Assembly (NCBI GenBank): GCA_963663385.2
Contig: CAXXXD010000002.1
Span: 128,001-192,000 of the forward strand
Direction: 5' to 3'
DNA: 64,000 bases
From: Oceanispirochaeta sp.
GTDB taxonomy: Bacteria; Spirochaetota; Spirochaetia; DSM-2461
The notes beneath the pieces were generated by a model. The model did not search any database and was not told the origin of the DNA. It saw only the letters and a list, made by a program, of their open reading frames with translations. The first letter of the stretch is position 1. The number at the start of each line of letters is the position of its first letter. Shown one piece after another: positions 47,575 to 56,900 of the stretch. A program made the translations under genes and the position numbers.

Positions 47575-48284
47575 AACAGTTTGCACTTATAGGTCTGAGT
47601 TCTTTTGCAAGACGGATAATTGAAGAGCTGGAGAGCTTTCATTGTGATATTCTGCTTATCGATAAGGACCCTGAAGCAATTGAGTTGTATAAAGATCGTG
47701 TCGCCCGGGCTTTTATTGCGGATGTTCTTAATGAAGAGACGATCCAGCGGTTGATTCCCTCCAACATAGACGGTGTTGTACTGGATCCGGGGGATCGGAT
47801 TGAGGTTTCGATCCTTGTTACCAATTATCTGAAAAAAATGGGAGTGAAGAATATTTTTGTCCGGGCCGACACGGATGAACATGGTGAAATCCTCAATCTG
47901 GTTGGAGCGGATCTTGTTATCTATCCCAACAGGGAGGCGGCCAAACGGATTGCGCCCATGCTGCTGACTTCCCGTTTGTTTAACTACATGCCCATAAGCG
48001 ATGGTCTTGTGATTGCCGAGGTCAGAGCTCCGGATAATCTGATCGGGAAAAATCTGATTGAAGCCAATTTAAGAAAGAATCATAATCTGAATATTATAGC
48101 CATACGTAATGCCGAGGATAAAGTGGATTATCAGTTCCGTCCGGCCGAATACCATATCCGAAAGAGCGATATCCTCCTGCTGGCGGGAGCTGAAATCGAT
48201 ATTCACGGCTTTGCAGGTACCCAGAAACCGGTGAGCAGTACTTCCGGACTGAAAAGCCTGTATCAGAAACTGTTTAATTCCTGA
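47571..48284 (+). CDS. ktrA: Ktr/Trk regulatory RCK subunit
   Basis: RCK_N Rossmann-like start FALIGLSSFA, GADLVIYP, RCK_C LIGKNLIEANLRKNHNLNIIAI. ATGA overlap with ktrB. Confidence 0.85.
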   Translation: MKQFALIGLSSFARRIIEELESFHCDILLIDKDPEAIELYKDRVARAFIADVLNEETIQRLIPSNIDGVVLDPGDRIEVSILVTNYLKKMGVKNIFVRADTDEHGEILNLVGADLVIYPNREAAKRIAPMLLTSRLFNYMPISDGLVIAEVRAPDNLIGKNLIEANLRKNHNLNIIAIRNAEDKVDYQFRPAEYHIRKSDILLLAGAEIDIHGFAGTQKPVSSTSGLKSLYQKLFNS

Positions 48285-48414
48285 AATTCCGAGACCAGTA
48301 TCTTCTAAATATTCCACTTTCAATCATTACTGCCTATAATCGGTTTCATGAAAATCGGGGACTGAGCTGAAGGATGAGAATTAATCCTTATGATTCAGTC
48401 CTTAAGGAGTTAAT

Positions 48415-49269
48415 GTGAAACGTATAATAACTGTTCTATATAGTCTTTTATTTGTCGTCAGCCTTTCTGCCGGAGGGCAGCAGGAGGTCGCTGATCAGGT
48501 AATCCGGATTGGTGTTCTGCCCGATGCCTGTACTCTGCCCCTTTTTCTTATGCCCGAAGTGGAAGTTGTTCCCTTTATGAGTGCAAAGGAGAGGGAAACC
48601 GCCCTTCAGTTGGGGGAGTTGGACGGAGTGACAACCGACCTTGTTTCTGTCGTGGCTAATCAGCAGAAGGGGATGCCCCAGAAGGTTCTGACTGTTACGG
48701 AGACCCGTTTTATACTCGTAGCCAATCCCGGGATGGATGACGATGCTCTCTGGTCTGTCGGTATCTCCGAGAATACGGTAATTGAGTTTCTGGTGGATTT
48801 TTTTGCTGACGGCCGGGAGATGGAAAAAGTGGCTATCCCTCAGGTGCCTGTCAGAATGGAGATGCTGCGGAACGGAAAAATCCCTATGGCCTGTCTGACC
48901 GATGCCCTGGCCTGGCCTCTTCTGGGCAGCGGATTCAAAATCCTGGCTGATCAGCAGGACAGCGGTCTGGAACCGGCTGTCCTTGCCTTTTCCGAAGAGT
49001 TTCTTGAAGTAAACCCGGCTGTCCCCGAAACCTTTACAGTGGGATGGAACAAGGCTGTTGAGGAGATTAACAGTGATCCCGAAAAGTACAGAACCCTGCT
49101 TCTGGAAAAGGTCCGTCTGCCCGATGATCCTGAATTCCCCTTTCCCGTACCCTTGTATCATCCGGTAAAACTTCCCAATGAAAAAACGGTTCAGGTCGTT
49201 CTGGACTGGTACGGGAACAAATACGGGTTTGAGAAACCCGTCTCCTATTTTGATCTTATTGTTCCCTGA
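48415..49269 (+). CDS. ABC transporter solute-binding protein (SsuA/NMT1-like)
   Basis: GTG start after TAAGGAG; signal peptide LSA|GGQQE; IRIGVLP, ALQLGELDG, RMEMLRNGKI. TauB/TauC-like partners are in the same operon. Confidence 0.8.
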   Translation: MKRIITVLYSLLFVVSLSAGGQQEVADQVIRIGVLPDACTLPLFLMPEVEVVPFMSAKERETALQLGELDGVTTDLVSVVANQQKGMPQKVLTVTETRFILVANPGMDDDALWSVGISENTVIEFLVDFFADGREMEKVAIPQVPVRMEMLRNGKIPMACLTDALAWPLLGSGFKILADQQDSGLEPAVLAFSEEFLEVNPAVPETFTVGWNKAVEEINSDPEKYRTLLLEKVRLPDDPEFPFPVPLYHPVKLPNEKTVQVVLDWYGNKYGFEKPVSYFDLIVP

Positions 49270-49275
49270 TTCGGG

Positions 49276-49306
49276 GGCGGGCTTTGGTGGACGCCGGAGC
49301 TCCGCC
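49276..49306 (+). other. Intergenic stem-loop after the SBP gene
   Basis: GGCGGGCTTTGGT-GGAC-GCCGGAGCTCCGCC imperfect stem. Confidence 0.45.
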
Positions 49307-49323
49307 GCACTATAATCTGGGGC

Positions 49324-50772
49324 ATGGCTTATAAAAATCTGCAAGACTTTATATCTTTTCTGGAAAAAAAAGGTGAACTGAGGCGGGTCAGTGCCGAAGT
49401 TGATTCCCATCTGGAAATTACGGAAATTACCGATAGAATCAGCAAAAAGAACGGGCCGGCTCTTCTTTTTGAAAATGTAAAGGGATCAGAATTCCCTGTT
49501 TTGATTAATGCATTCGGATCCTACGACAGGATGGCAATGGCCCTGGGGGCTTCCTCTCTGGATGAAAAGGCAAAGGAGCTGGAAGATCTGGTCGACTGGG
49601 GTTTTTCCCAGATGCGGCAGCTGGATGTGATGAGTTTCTTTCCCAAAATGAAATGGGCCCGCCTTTTTCTGCCCCACAAGGTCCTTTCCGCCCCCTGTCA
49701 GCAGGTGGTGGACCATGATCCCGACTTAAACACTCTGCCGGTTCTGACCTGCTGGCCCGGGGACGGCGGTCCTTTCTTTACACTCCCTCTTGTTATTACA
49801 AAGGACCCTGAAACGGGGGCCCAGAATATGGGGATGTACCGCCTTCAGGTATTTGATAAAAATACAACGGGCATGCACTGGCATATGCATAAGGACGGGG
49901 CCCATTATTATCAGAAATACAGGGAGCGGGGAGAGCGTATGCCTGTGGCTGTTGCTCTGGGCTGTGACCCGGCGGTTACCTATGCCGCTACAGCGCCCCT
50001 TCCCGAGGGAATCTCGGAGCTGTTTTTTGCGGGATACCTGCGGGGCAGACCTGTGGATACGGTTAAGTGTATCACCTCGGATCTGCAGGTGCCCGCACAG
50101 GCGGAATTTGTTCTGGAGGGCTATGTGGATCCCACGGAGCCCCTCAGAAGGGAAGGCCCTTTTGGTGACCATACGGGTTACTACTCCCTGGCCGATGACT
50201 ACCCGGTATTTCATATCACCTGTATTACTCGCCGGAAAAAACCTGTTTTCCCGGCTACCATTGTGGGACAGCCCCCCATGGAAGACTGCTATATGGCCAA
50301 GGCTACGGAACGGATTTTTCTTCCCCTTCTGAAAAAGATGAACCCCGAGATAATTGATATGAACCTTCCCCTGGAGGGGGTCTTTCATAACTGTGCCATT
50401 ATCTCCATCCGCAAACGTTATGCCGGTCAGGTCCATAAAGTCCTCTACAGCCTGTGGGGGCTCGGGCAGATGCAATATACCAAAATGATTATTGTGGTGG
50501 ACCATGATGTGGATGTTCAGAATCTGAGTGTGGTGATGTGGAAGGTTTTTAATAACATAGATGCCAGGCGGGACCTTATTCTGAGCGACGGTCCCCTGGA
50601 TGCTCTGGATCATGCCTCTCCCCGTTCCCGTTTCGGTACAAGACTGGGGATTGATGCGACACGGAAAGGCCCCCTGGACGGGCACGAGAGGGAGTGGCCG
50701 GAAGATATTATGATGAGTGATAAGATTAAAGAGCAGGTAGACCGCCGCTGGAAGGAGCTGGGGCTTGATTGA
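49324..50772 (+). CDS. ubiD: UbiD-family prFMN-dependent decarboxylase, menaquinone (futalosine pathway) MqnL-type
   Basis: NMGMYRLQ, MHWHMHKDG, EGPFGDHTGYY, PPMED, LDALDHAS, LGIDAT. Confidence 0.92.
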   Translation: MAYKNLQDFISFLEKKGELRRVSAEVDSHLEITEITDRISKKNGPALLFENVKGSEFPVLINAFGSYDRMAMALGASSLDEKAKELEDLVDWGFSQMRQLDVMSFFPKMKWARLFLPHKVLSAPCQQVVDHDPDLNTLPVLTCWPGDGGPFFTLPLVITKDPETGAQNMGMYRLQVFDKNTTGMHWHMHKDGAHYYQKYRERGERMPVAVALGCDPAVTYAATAPLPEGISELFFAGYLRGRPVDTVKCITSDLQVPAQAEFVLEGYVDPTEPLRREGPFGDHTGYYSLADDYPVFHITCITRRKKPVFPATIVGQPPMEDCYMAKATERIFLPLLKKMNPEIIDMNLPLEGVFHNCAIISIRKRYAGQVHKVLYSLWGLGQMQYTKMIIVVDHDVDVQNLSVVMWKVFNNIDARRDLILSDGPLDALDHASPRSRFGTRLGIDATRKGPLDGHEREWPEDIMMSDKIKEQVDRRWKELGLD

Positions 50773-51658
50773 TCTTGTAAGGAAGGAGATAAAGCGCAGC
50801 ACAGGAATCAGCCGGGCTGTTATGATGGAACATACCCTCTTCTCTCTACCTCTGGCCCTTTGCGCGCTCCTGATGGAAAGCCGTGGAAAACCGCACGGAC
50901 GGGTTGTTCTCTGGATTCTTCTGGCGGTATTCGGCGCGAGAAACGCCGCCAATGCCCTGAACCGTTTAATTGACCGTAAAATCGATGCGGATAATCCGCG
51001 GACTGCGGAACGGGATCTCCCCTCAGGCAGGGTAAAGGCCCGTGATCTGTGGATTTTTACTGTTCTCTGCGGGGGACTTTTCCTGCTTGCCGCCTGGCAG
51101 CTTAATCCGCTATGTCTGTTTCTCGTTCCCGTAGCCGTCGTTCTGATAGGCGGTTACTCCTTTACCAAACGGTTTACCTGGCTCTGTCATTACTGGCTGG
51201 GGATTACCTGTTCCGCCGCGGTTATGGGGAGTTTTCTGGCTCTGAGCGGTCGGTTCGAACTCCGGTATTTCCCCCTTACCGCTGCAGCTGCTCTGTGGAT
51301 TGCCGGGTTTGATATTATCTATGCTCTGCAGGATCTGGAGCATGACAGGAGGGCGGGGATTCACTCGGTTCCGGCACGGTTCGGCAGAAAGGGAGCCCTT
51401 ATTCTGGCTGGTCTCAGTCATCTGGGGACCTTGTTCTTATTCATCATGAATATTTATTTCTTTCCCCTTGGTTTCTGGCATATTCTGGGAATCTCTGCTG
51501 CTGCCCTGCTGCTGGCGGCGGAGCATCTTCTGGCCTGGAAGGGGGGCGTCCGATGGATTCCTCTTGCTTCCTATCACCTGAATCAGATCCTCTCCCCCCT
51601 GTTCCTGTTTTTTACTCTATTGGATATCTATCTGCCGGGAGGTATGTATGGCAGCTGA
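50765..51658 (+). CDS. UbiA-family prenyltransferase, MqnP-type
   Basis: EHTLFSLP, Asp-rich NRLIDRKIDADNPRTAER, YSFTKRFT, FDIIYALQDLEHD; multi-TM. Confidence 0.9.
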   Translation: MIDLVRKEIKRSTGISRAVMMEHTLFSLPLALCALLMESRGKPHGRVVLWILLAVFGARNAANALNRLIDRKIDADNPRTAERDLPSGRVKARDLWIFTVLCGGLFLLAAWQLNPLCLFLVPVAVVLIGGYSFTKRFTWLCHYWLGITCSAAVMGSFLALSGRFELRYFPLTAAAALWIAGFDIIYALQDLEHDRRAGIHSVPARFGRKGALILAGLSHLGTLFLFIMNIYFFPLGFWHILGISAAALLLAAEHLLAWKGGVRWIPLASYHLNQILSPLFLFFTLLDIYLPGGMYGS

Positions 51659-52250
51659 TAAGAACCCGTTGGTTCTGGCCGTCAGCGGGGCAAGCGGGGC
51701 AGCTTACGCCCTGTCCCTGGCCGGCAAGTTAGTCGATCTGGGTATCCCTCTTCATCTGCTGATCAGTCCTGTTGCAGAAAATATTATCCTTCAGGAAACC
51801 GGCCGCCGTTCTGCCGACTGGGTTCGGGATCTGTCCAAGGCCGGGGATGTCCTGCTGGAAGACACGCAGAATTTTGCCGCGTCCATATCCAGCGGATCCT
51901 ATAAAACCAGGGGAATGATTATCGCACCCTGCAGCATGGGAACTCTTGGACGCATTGCCGGAGGCATTTCCGCCAATCTGATTGACCGGGCGGCGGATGT
52001 CTGTCTGAAGGAACGGCGAAGGCTCCTGCTTCTTGCCAGGGAAACGCCTCTTTCAATTATTCATCTGGAAAATATGCTGAAACTCACCAGGGCGGGGGCT
52101 GTTGTAATGCCCCCTGTTCCGGCTCTGTATACTTCACCTTCTTCCATTCAGGAAATGATCGATCAGACTGCAGATCGTGTACTGGATCTGTTTGATCTCG
52201 CCCCTCCCGGAGCTTTCCGCTGGAGTGATGGAGCTGCCGGGGATGATTGA
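51648..52250 (+). CDS. ubiX: Flavin prenyltransferase UbiX
   Basis: SGASGA, ISSGS, APCSMGTL, RAADVCLKERR, RETPL. Confidence 0.95.
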   Translation: MAADKNPLVLAVSGASGAAYALSLAGKLVDLGIPLHLLISPVAENIILQETGRRSADWVRDLSKAGDVLLEDTQNFAASISSGSYKTRGMIIAPCSMGTLGRIAGGISANLIDRAADVCLKERRRLLLLARETPLSIIHLENMLKLTRAGAVVMPPVPALYTSPSSIQEMIDQTADRVLDLFDLAPPGAFRWSDGAAGDD

Positions 52251-52995
52251 GTTTCGGGATCTGAACTTTTCCTATAGGGAAGGCGAGCCCGTTATTCATG
52301 ACCTGGACGGTCATTGGGAAAAGGGTCGGGTTCATGCTCTGATAGGCCCTTCGGGCTGTGGAAAATCAACCCTTCTGTACCTGATGGCCGGACTGATCCA
52401 GCCGCTGAGCGGATCCATTTCCGTTAAAGGGAGTAATCCCCGGCCGGGACGGAAGGAGACTGCTGTTATTCTGCAGAACCACGGTCTCTTTCCCTGGAAG
52501 ACCGCGTCTGCCAATCTGGCTCTGGGATTGAATATCCGCCGTGAAAGTAAAAGTACCCTGCAGGAGAAGGTAGACCGGATGCTGAAGGAGATGGGGCTGG
52601 AGGGAAAAGCCTCCTCTTATCCGGGAGAGCTTTCCGGGGGCGAACGGCAGCGTCTGGCTATCGGACGAGCTCTGATTCTGGAGCCGGATCTGCTGCTGTT
52701 GGATGAACCTTTTTCGGCTCTGGATGCCATGACCCGGGAACAGCTGCAGGACCGGCTCTGGCAGCTGAAACATAAGGACGAATCTGCCTCGAACCTGACA
52801 GTGATTCTGGTGACACACAGCATTGAAGAAGCTGTATTTCTCAGTGACAGGATACACATTATGGACGTTGAGGGCAATGTTCAAACAATGAGCAGTAAGA
52901 GTTATGGACCTGGCTCCCGCTTGAGCAGGGAGTATTTTGATAATTGTGTCAATCTGCGGCGGATATTTGAAGAGCATGCGGGGAGGATTCTGTGA
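52243..52995 (+). CDS. ABC transporter ATP-binding protein (TauB/SsuB-like)
   Basis: Start moved to ATG 52243, overlapping the end of ubiX. GPSGCGKS, LFPWKT, LSGGERQR, LLDEPFSALD, VTHSIEEA. Confidence 0.92.
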   Translation: MIEFRDLNFSYREGEPVIHDLDGHWEKGRVHALIGPSGCGKSTLLYLMAGLIQPLSGSISVKGSNPRPGRKETAVILQNHGLFPWKTASANLALGLNIRRESKSTLQEKVDRMLKEMGLEGKASSYPGELSGGERQRLAIGRALILEPDLLLLDEPFSALDAMTREQLQDRLWQLKHKDESASNLTVILVTHSIEEAVFLSDRIHIMDVEGNVQTMSSKSYGPGSRLSREYFDNCVNLRRIFEEHAGRIL

Positions 52996-53717
52996 AAAAG
53001 ATGATTCCCCCTCTTGTTATTCTGACGTTTCTCTGGCGGGCTGCCTCACTTCTGCTGAAGGCCCCCTTCTTTCCCACACCCGAGAAGGTTTTCATCGAAA
53101 TGATCAGCCAGTTCCGTATGGGACTGCTGGGGCCTCATCTGGGTATCTCTCTGCTGCGTGTTCTGACAGCGCTGGCAGCTGCCTTTATTCCGGCTCTCCT
53201 TCTGGGAATCTGGGCCGGCCGCAATGACAGGGCAGACCGTTTGATCAGTCCGTCCGTCTATGTCCTGTTTCCCGTCCCGAAAGTAGCTCTGCTGCCGATT
53301 ATCCTGCTGTTTCTCGGCCTGGGGAATGCATCCAAAATCTTCTTTGTGGCTCTGATCGTTTTCTTTCAGTTCTATCTGAATATCCGGGATGAATGCAACC
53401 AGATCAGCTCCCGCTATTTTGACTCTCTCACCACCCTGGGCGGGGGGCGGATGGATCAGCTGAAGCATATTATTCTTCCCGCCCTGCTGCCGCGGATATT
53501 CTCCTCCCTGCGCATGACCCTGGGTACAGCCATTGCCGTACTGTTTCTGGCCGAAACTTTTGCCACCAGACAGGGTATCGGCTGGTATATTATGGACGCC
53601 TGGTCCCGCATTGCCTATGTGGAGATGTATGCCGGAATTACCGCCCTGAGCCTGTCGGGTCTTCTGCTTTTTTCCCTTCTGGATATTCTGGAAAAACAGT
53701 ACTGTCCCTGGCAGTAA
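52992..53717 (+). CDS. ABC transporter permease (TauC/SsuC-like)
   Basis: About six TM helices; PVPKVALLP, IILPALLP, LAET, GIGWYI. GTGA overlap with the ATPase. Confidence 0.9.
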   Translation: MKKMIPPLVILTFLWRAASLLLKAPFFPTPEKVFIEMISQFRMGLLGPHLGISLLRVLTALAAAFIPALLLGIWAGRNDRADRLISPSVYVLFPVPKVALLPIILLFLGLGNASKIFFVALIVFFQFYLNIRDECNQISSRYFDSLTTLGGGRMDQLKHIILPALLPRIFSSLRMTLGTAIAVLFLAETFATRQGIGWYIMDAWSRIAYVEMYAGITALSLSGLLLFSLLDILEKQYCPWQ

Positions 53718-53838
53718 TTTCCCAACCCTTATTATTAATGTCCCCTTTTTTTTAATACTGCATACTCGATATAAGTTGAGAGTTTTTATTGCTGTTATGA
53801 GGATGAGTACTGTTTTCCCGAGTGATCGTAATATGCAT

Positions 53839-53866
53839 AAAAAAAGCCCAGCCGAAGCTGAGCTTT
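53839..53866 (-). terminator. Intrinsic terminator downstream of nifJ
   Basis: Minus strand AAAGCTCAGC-TTCG-GCTGGGC-TTTTTTT (UUCG tetraloop plus U-tract). Confidence 0.8.
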
Positions 53867-53969
53867 ATATATGTAACAGAAGAGCAGCCCGAAGGATACT
53901 CTTCCGGTTCTCTGTGTAATTCGAGCCGCCCGGACCAAAGTTCAGGAGGCCTGTACATCAGAGGATGGA

Positions 53970-56900
53970 TTACATAATTTCTCCCATTTTCTTGAAGAAT
54001 TCCCATCTGTGCTTTGCATCGGCTTCTGCTTCGGCATAGAGTGCTTCGGCTTCGTCCGGTGCCGTTTTCATCAGAGCGGTGTATCTTCTTTCACTGCGGA
54101 TGAAGTCCTGGTAGCTTTCAGTGGGTTCTTTGCAGTCCCAGCTGAACTTCTTGCCTTCTTCCATAGTGGGGTTGTATCGGTACAGAGGCCAGTAACCGCA
54201 GTCAACGGCTCTTTTCTGCTCAACCTGAGTTTTCATCATGTTGATACCGTGAGCGATACAGGGCGCGTAAGCGAAAATGATGGAAGGTCCATCGTATGCT
54301 TCAGCTTCCATAATAGCCTTCTGAGCGTGATTCCTGTTGGCACCGAGAGCAATGGAGGCAACATAGCAGTAACCGTAGCTCATGGCCATAAGGCTCATGT
54401 TCTTTTTGCCCAGTCTCATACCGGCATTGGCAAACTTGGCAACAGCGGCAATCGGAGTAGCCTTGGAAGCCTGTCCTCCGGTGTTGGAGTATACCTCGGT
54501 GTCCACTACCAGGATGTTTACGTTTTTACCGGCAGCCAGTACGTGGTCCACACCTCCGAAACCGATGTCGTAAGCCCATCCGTCACCACCGATGATCCAT
54601 ACGGACTTATCAACGAAGTAGTCCTGCAGCTCAATGACCTTGGCCATGGTTTCGTCGCCGGCCGCATCCTTGGGCAGAGCAGCCTTAACAGCATCCTGAG
54701 CGTCAATGGCTTTCTGGGATTTATCTTCCCACAGTTCAAGAGAAGCTTTCAGGGCTGAAGTCAACTCGGGAGTAGTTCCGGCGGCCAGCAGCTCATCCAC
54801 TTTCTTTTTAAGCAGGGTTCTGTTGGAATCAACAGCCAGTCTCATACCGAAACCGTACTCTGCATTGTCTTCGAACAGTGAGTTACCCCAGGCGGGTCCT
54901 CTTCCCTGTTCGTTTTTGGTGTAGGGAATTGTGGGGAATGTTCCGCCGTAAATGGAGGAACATCCGGTAGCGTTGGCTGCAACCATGTTATGACCGCAGA
55001 TCTGGCTGACCAGCTTCACGTAGGGAGTTTCACCACATCCCGCACAGGCGCCGGAGAACTCGAACAGGGGTCTTCTGAACTGCATACCCTTAACATTCTC
55101 TTCGGAAGATCCGTCCAGAGCACCGTAGGGGAGGGGTTCAAAGAATTTTTCATTCTCATGCTCACCGGCTGCTCTTTCTTTCTCAAGAGTAGACCATGTA
55201 AGGGCTTTATCTTTTGCGGGACAGGTTTCGATACAGACACCGCATCCCTGACAGTCATCGGTATATACCTGAATTTTGTATTTGAGATCTGCTTCTTTAT
55301 CCTTGGAAGCTTTCAGATCGACAACGTTGAAGGTGTCGGGAGCACCGGCCAGATCGGCGGGTCTGATCTGCTTGGCTCTGATGGCTGCGTGGGGACAGGA
55401 CTGTACACACTGGTTACACTGGATACAGTTATCGGAGTTCCATGCGGGAACTCTGGGAGCAACACCGCGTTTTTCCAGTTTGGTAGTTCCTGTGGGGAGC
55501 ACACCGTCAAAGCTCATATGGCTTACGGGGATGTCATCACCTTTCTGGTGCATTACCTTTTCGATAATATTCTTTGTGAAATCATCGGCATCGGCGGGGA
55601 TCAGTCTTTCTGGTACGTAAGACTTGGTGATGGAAGAGGGAACGTCAACCTTGATCAGAGCCTCTCCGGCCTTGTCAACGGCGTTCCAGTTCATCTTGAC
55701 GATGTCTTCACCCTTTCTGCTGAAGGTTTTCTTGATGTAGGTCTTCATCAGGTCGATGGCCTGTTCTTCGGGCAGTACGCCGGAGATCTTGAAGAAGGCA
55801 GCCTGCAGAACAGTGTTGGTTCTGTTTCCCAGCCCCACTTCCTCTGCAATCTTGTAGGCGTTCATGGCGTAGAACTTAATCTTGCGGTCGATGATGATCT
55901 GCTGTTCCTCTTTGGTCAGGCTGGCGAAAATCTCGTCGGCGGGAGCTTCGGTGTTCAGCAGGAATACTCCGCCCTCTTTCAGGGGACCGAGCATGTCATA
56001 ACGACCGATATAGGCGGGGTTGGAACAGGCTACGAAGTCTGCCGCAACGATCAGCCAGGGCATGTTAACGGAAGATTTACCAAATCTCAGGTGAGAAGTG
56101 GTTACACCGCCGGACTTTTTGGAGTCATAGTTGAAGTAAGCCTGAGCGTTCATGTCGGTGTTGTCACCGATGATCTTGATGGAGTTTTTGTTGGCGCCTA
56201 CTGTACCGTCGGAACCGAGACCCCAGAACATTCCGCTGAAGGTGTCTGCGGGAGCAACATTGATCTGCTCTTTAACTTCGATGGATTTATTGGATACATC
56301 GTCTTTGATTCCAACGGTGAATCCGTGAAAACAGGCGCCGTCCAGGTGATCAAAGATGGCTTTAACATCGGAAGGAGTGAACTCTTTGGAAGACAGGCCG
56401 TAGCGTCCGCCGATGATCGTAATATCCTTGCCCTGCATAACAGTTACAACATCTTTGTACAGGGGCTCACCCAGAGAACCGGGTTCTTTGGTTCTGTCCA
56501 TAACGGCGATCTTCCTGCAGCTTGCGGGAAGAGCGTCGATAAATGCTTTGGCGCTGAAAGGTCTGTACAGTCTTACCTTGATGGCACCGACTTTTTCACC
56601 TCTGGCAACAAGGTAGTTGATGGCATGTTCGGCTGTATCGCAACCGGATCCCATGATGATGATTACCTTTTCAGCATCGGGAGCACCTACGTAATCAAAC
56701 AGGTGGTACTGACGTCCGATCTTGGCAGCCAGTTTGTCCATGTATTCCTGAACAATTTCGGGAACTGAATCGTAGATGTTATTGGTGGTTTCACGACCCT
56801 GGAAGTATACATCGGGGTTCTGTGCGGCTACCTTGACGATGGGAGCTTCAGGTCTCATCGCTCTGGAGCGGAAACGTTCAATGTATTCGGGTTCAATCAG

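Noticed and set aside
48355..48410. TPP riboswitch ahead of the NMT1-like SBP
   Set aside because: The CTGAGA and downstream ACCTG...GCGxAGG consensus elements are missing.
48415..49269. MqnA or MqnD enzyme rather than an SBP
   Set aside because: It has a signal peptide, a trailing hairpin like the other SBP genes, and cognate ATPase and permease genes in the operon.
48448..50952. 320-aa and 408-aa minus-strand ORFs
   Set aside because: They lie antisense to the SBP and ubiD genes, which have clear family motifs.
54990..56768. 592-aa plus-strand ORF (also 54009-54758)
   Set aside because: Antisense shadow of nifJ, explained by its biased codon usage; no recognisable motifs.
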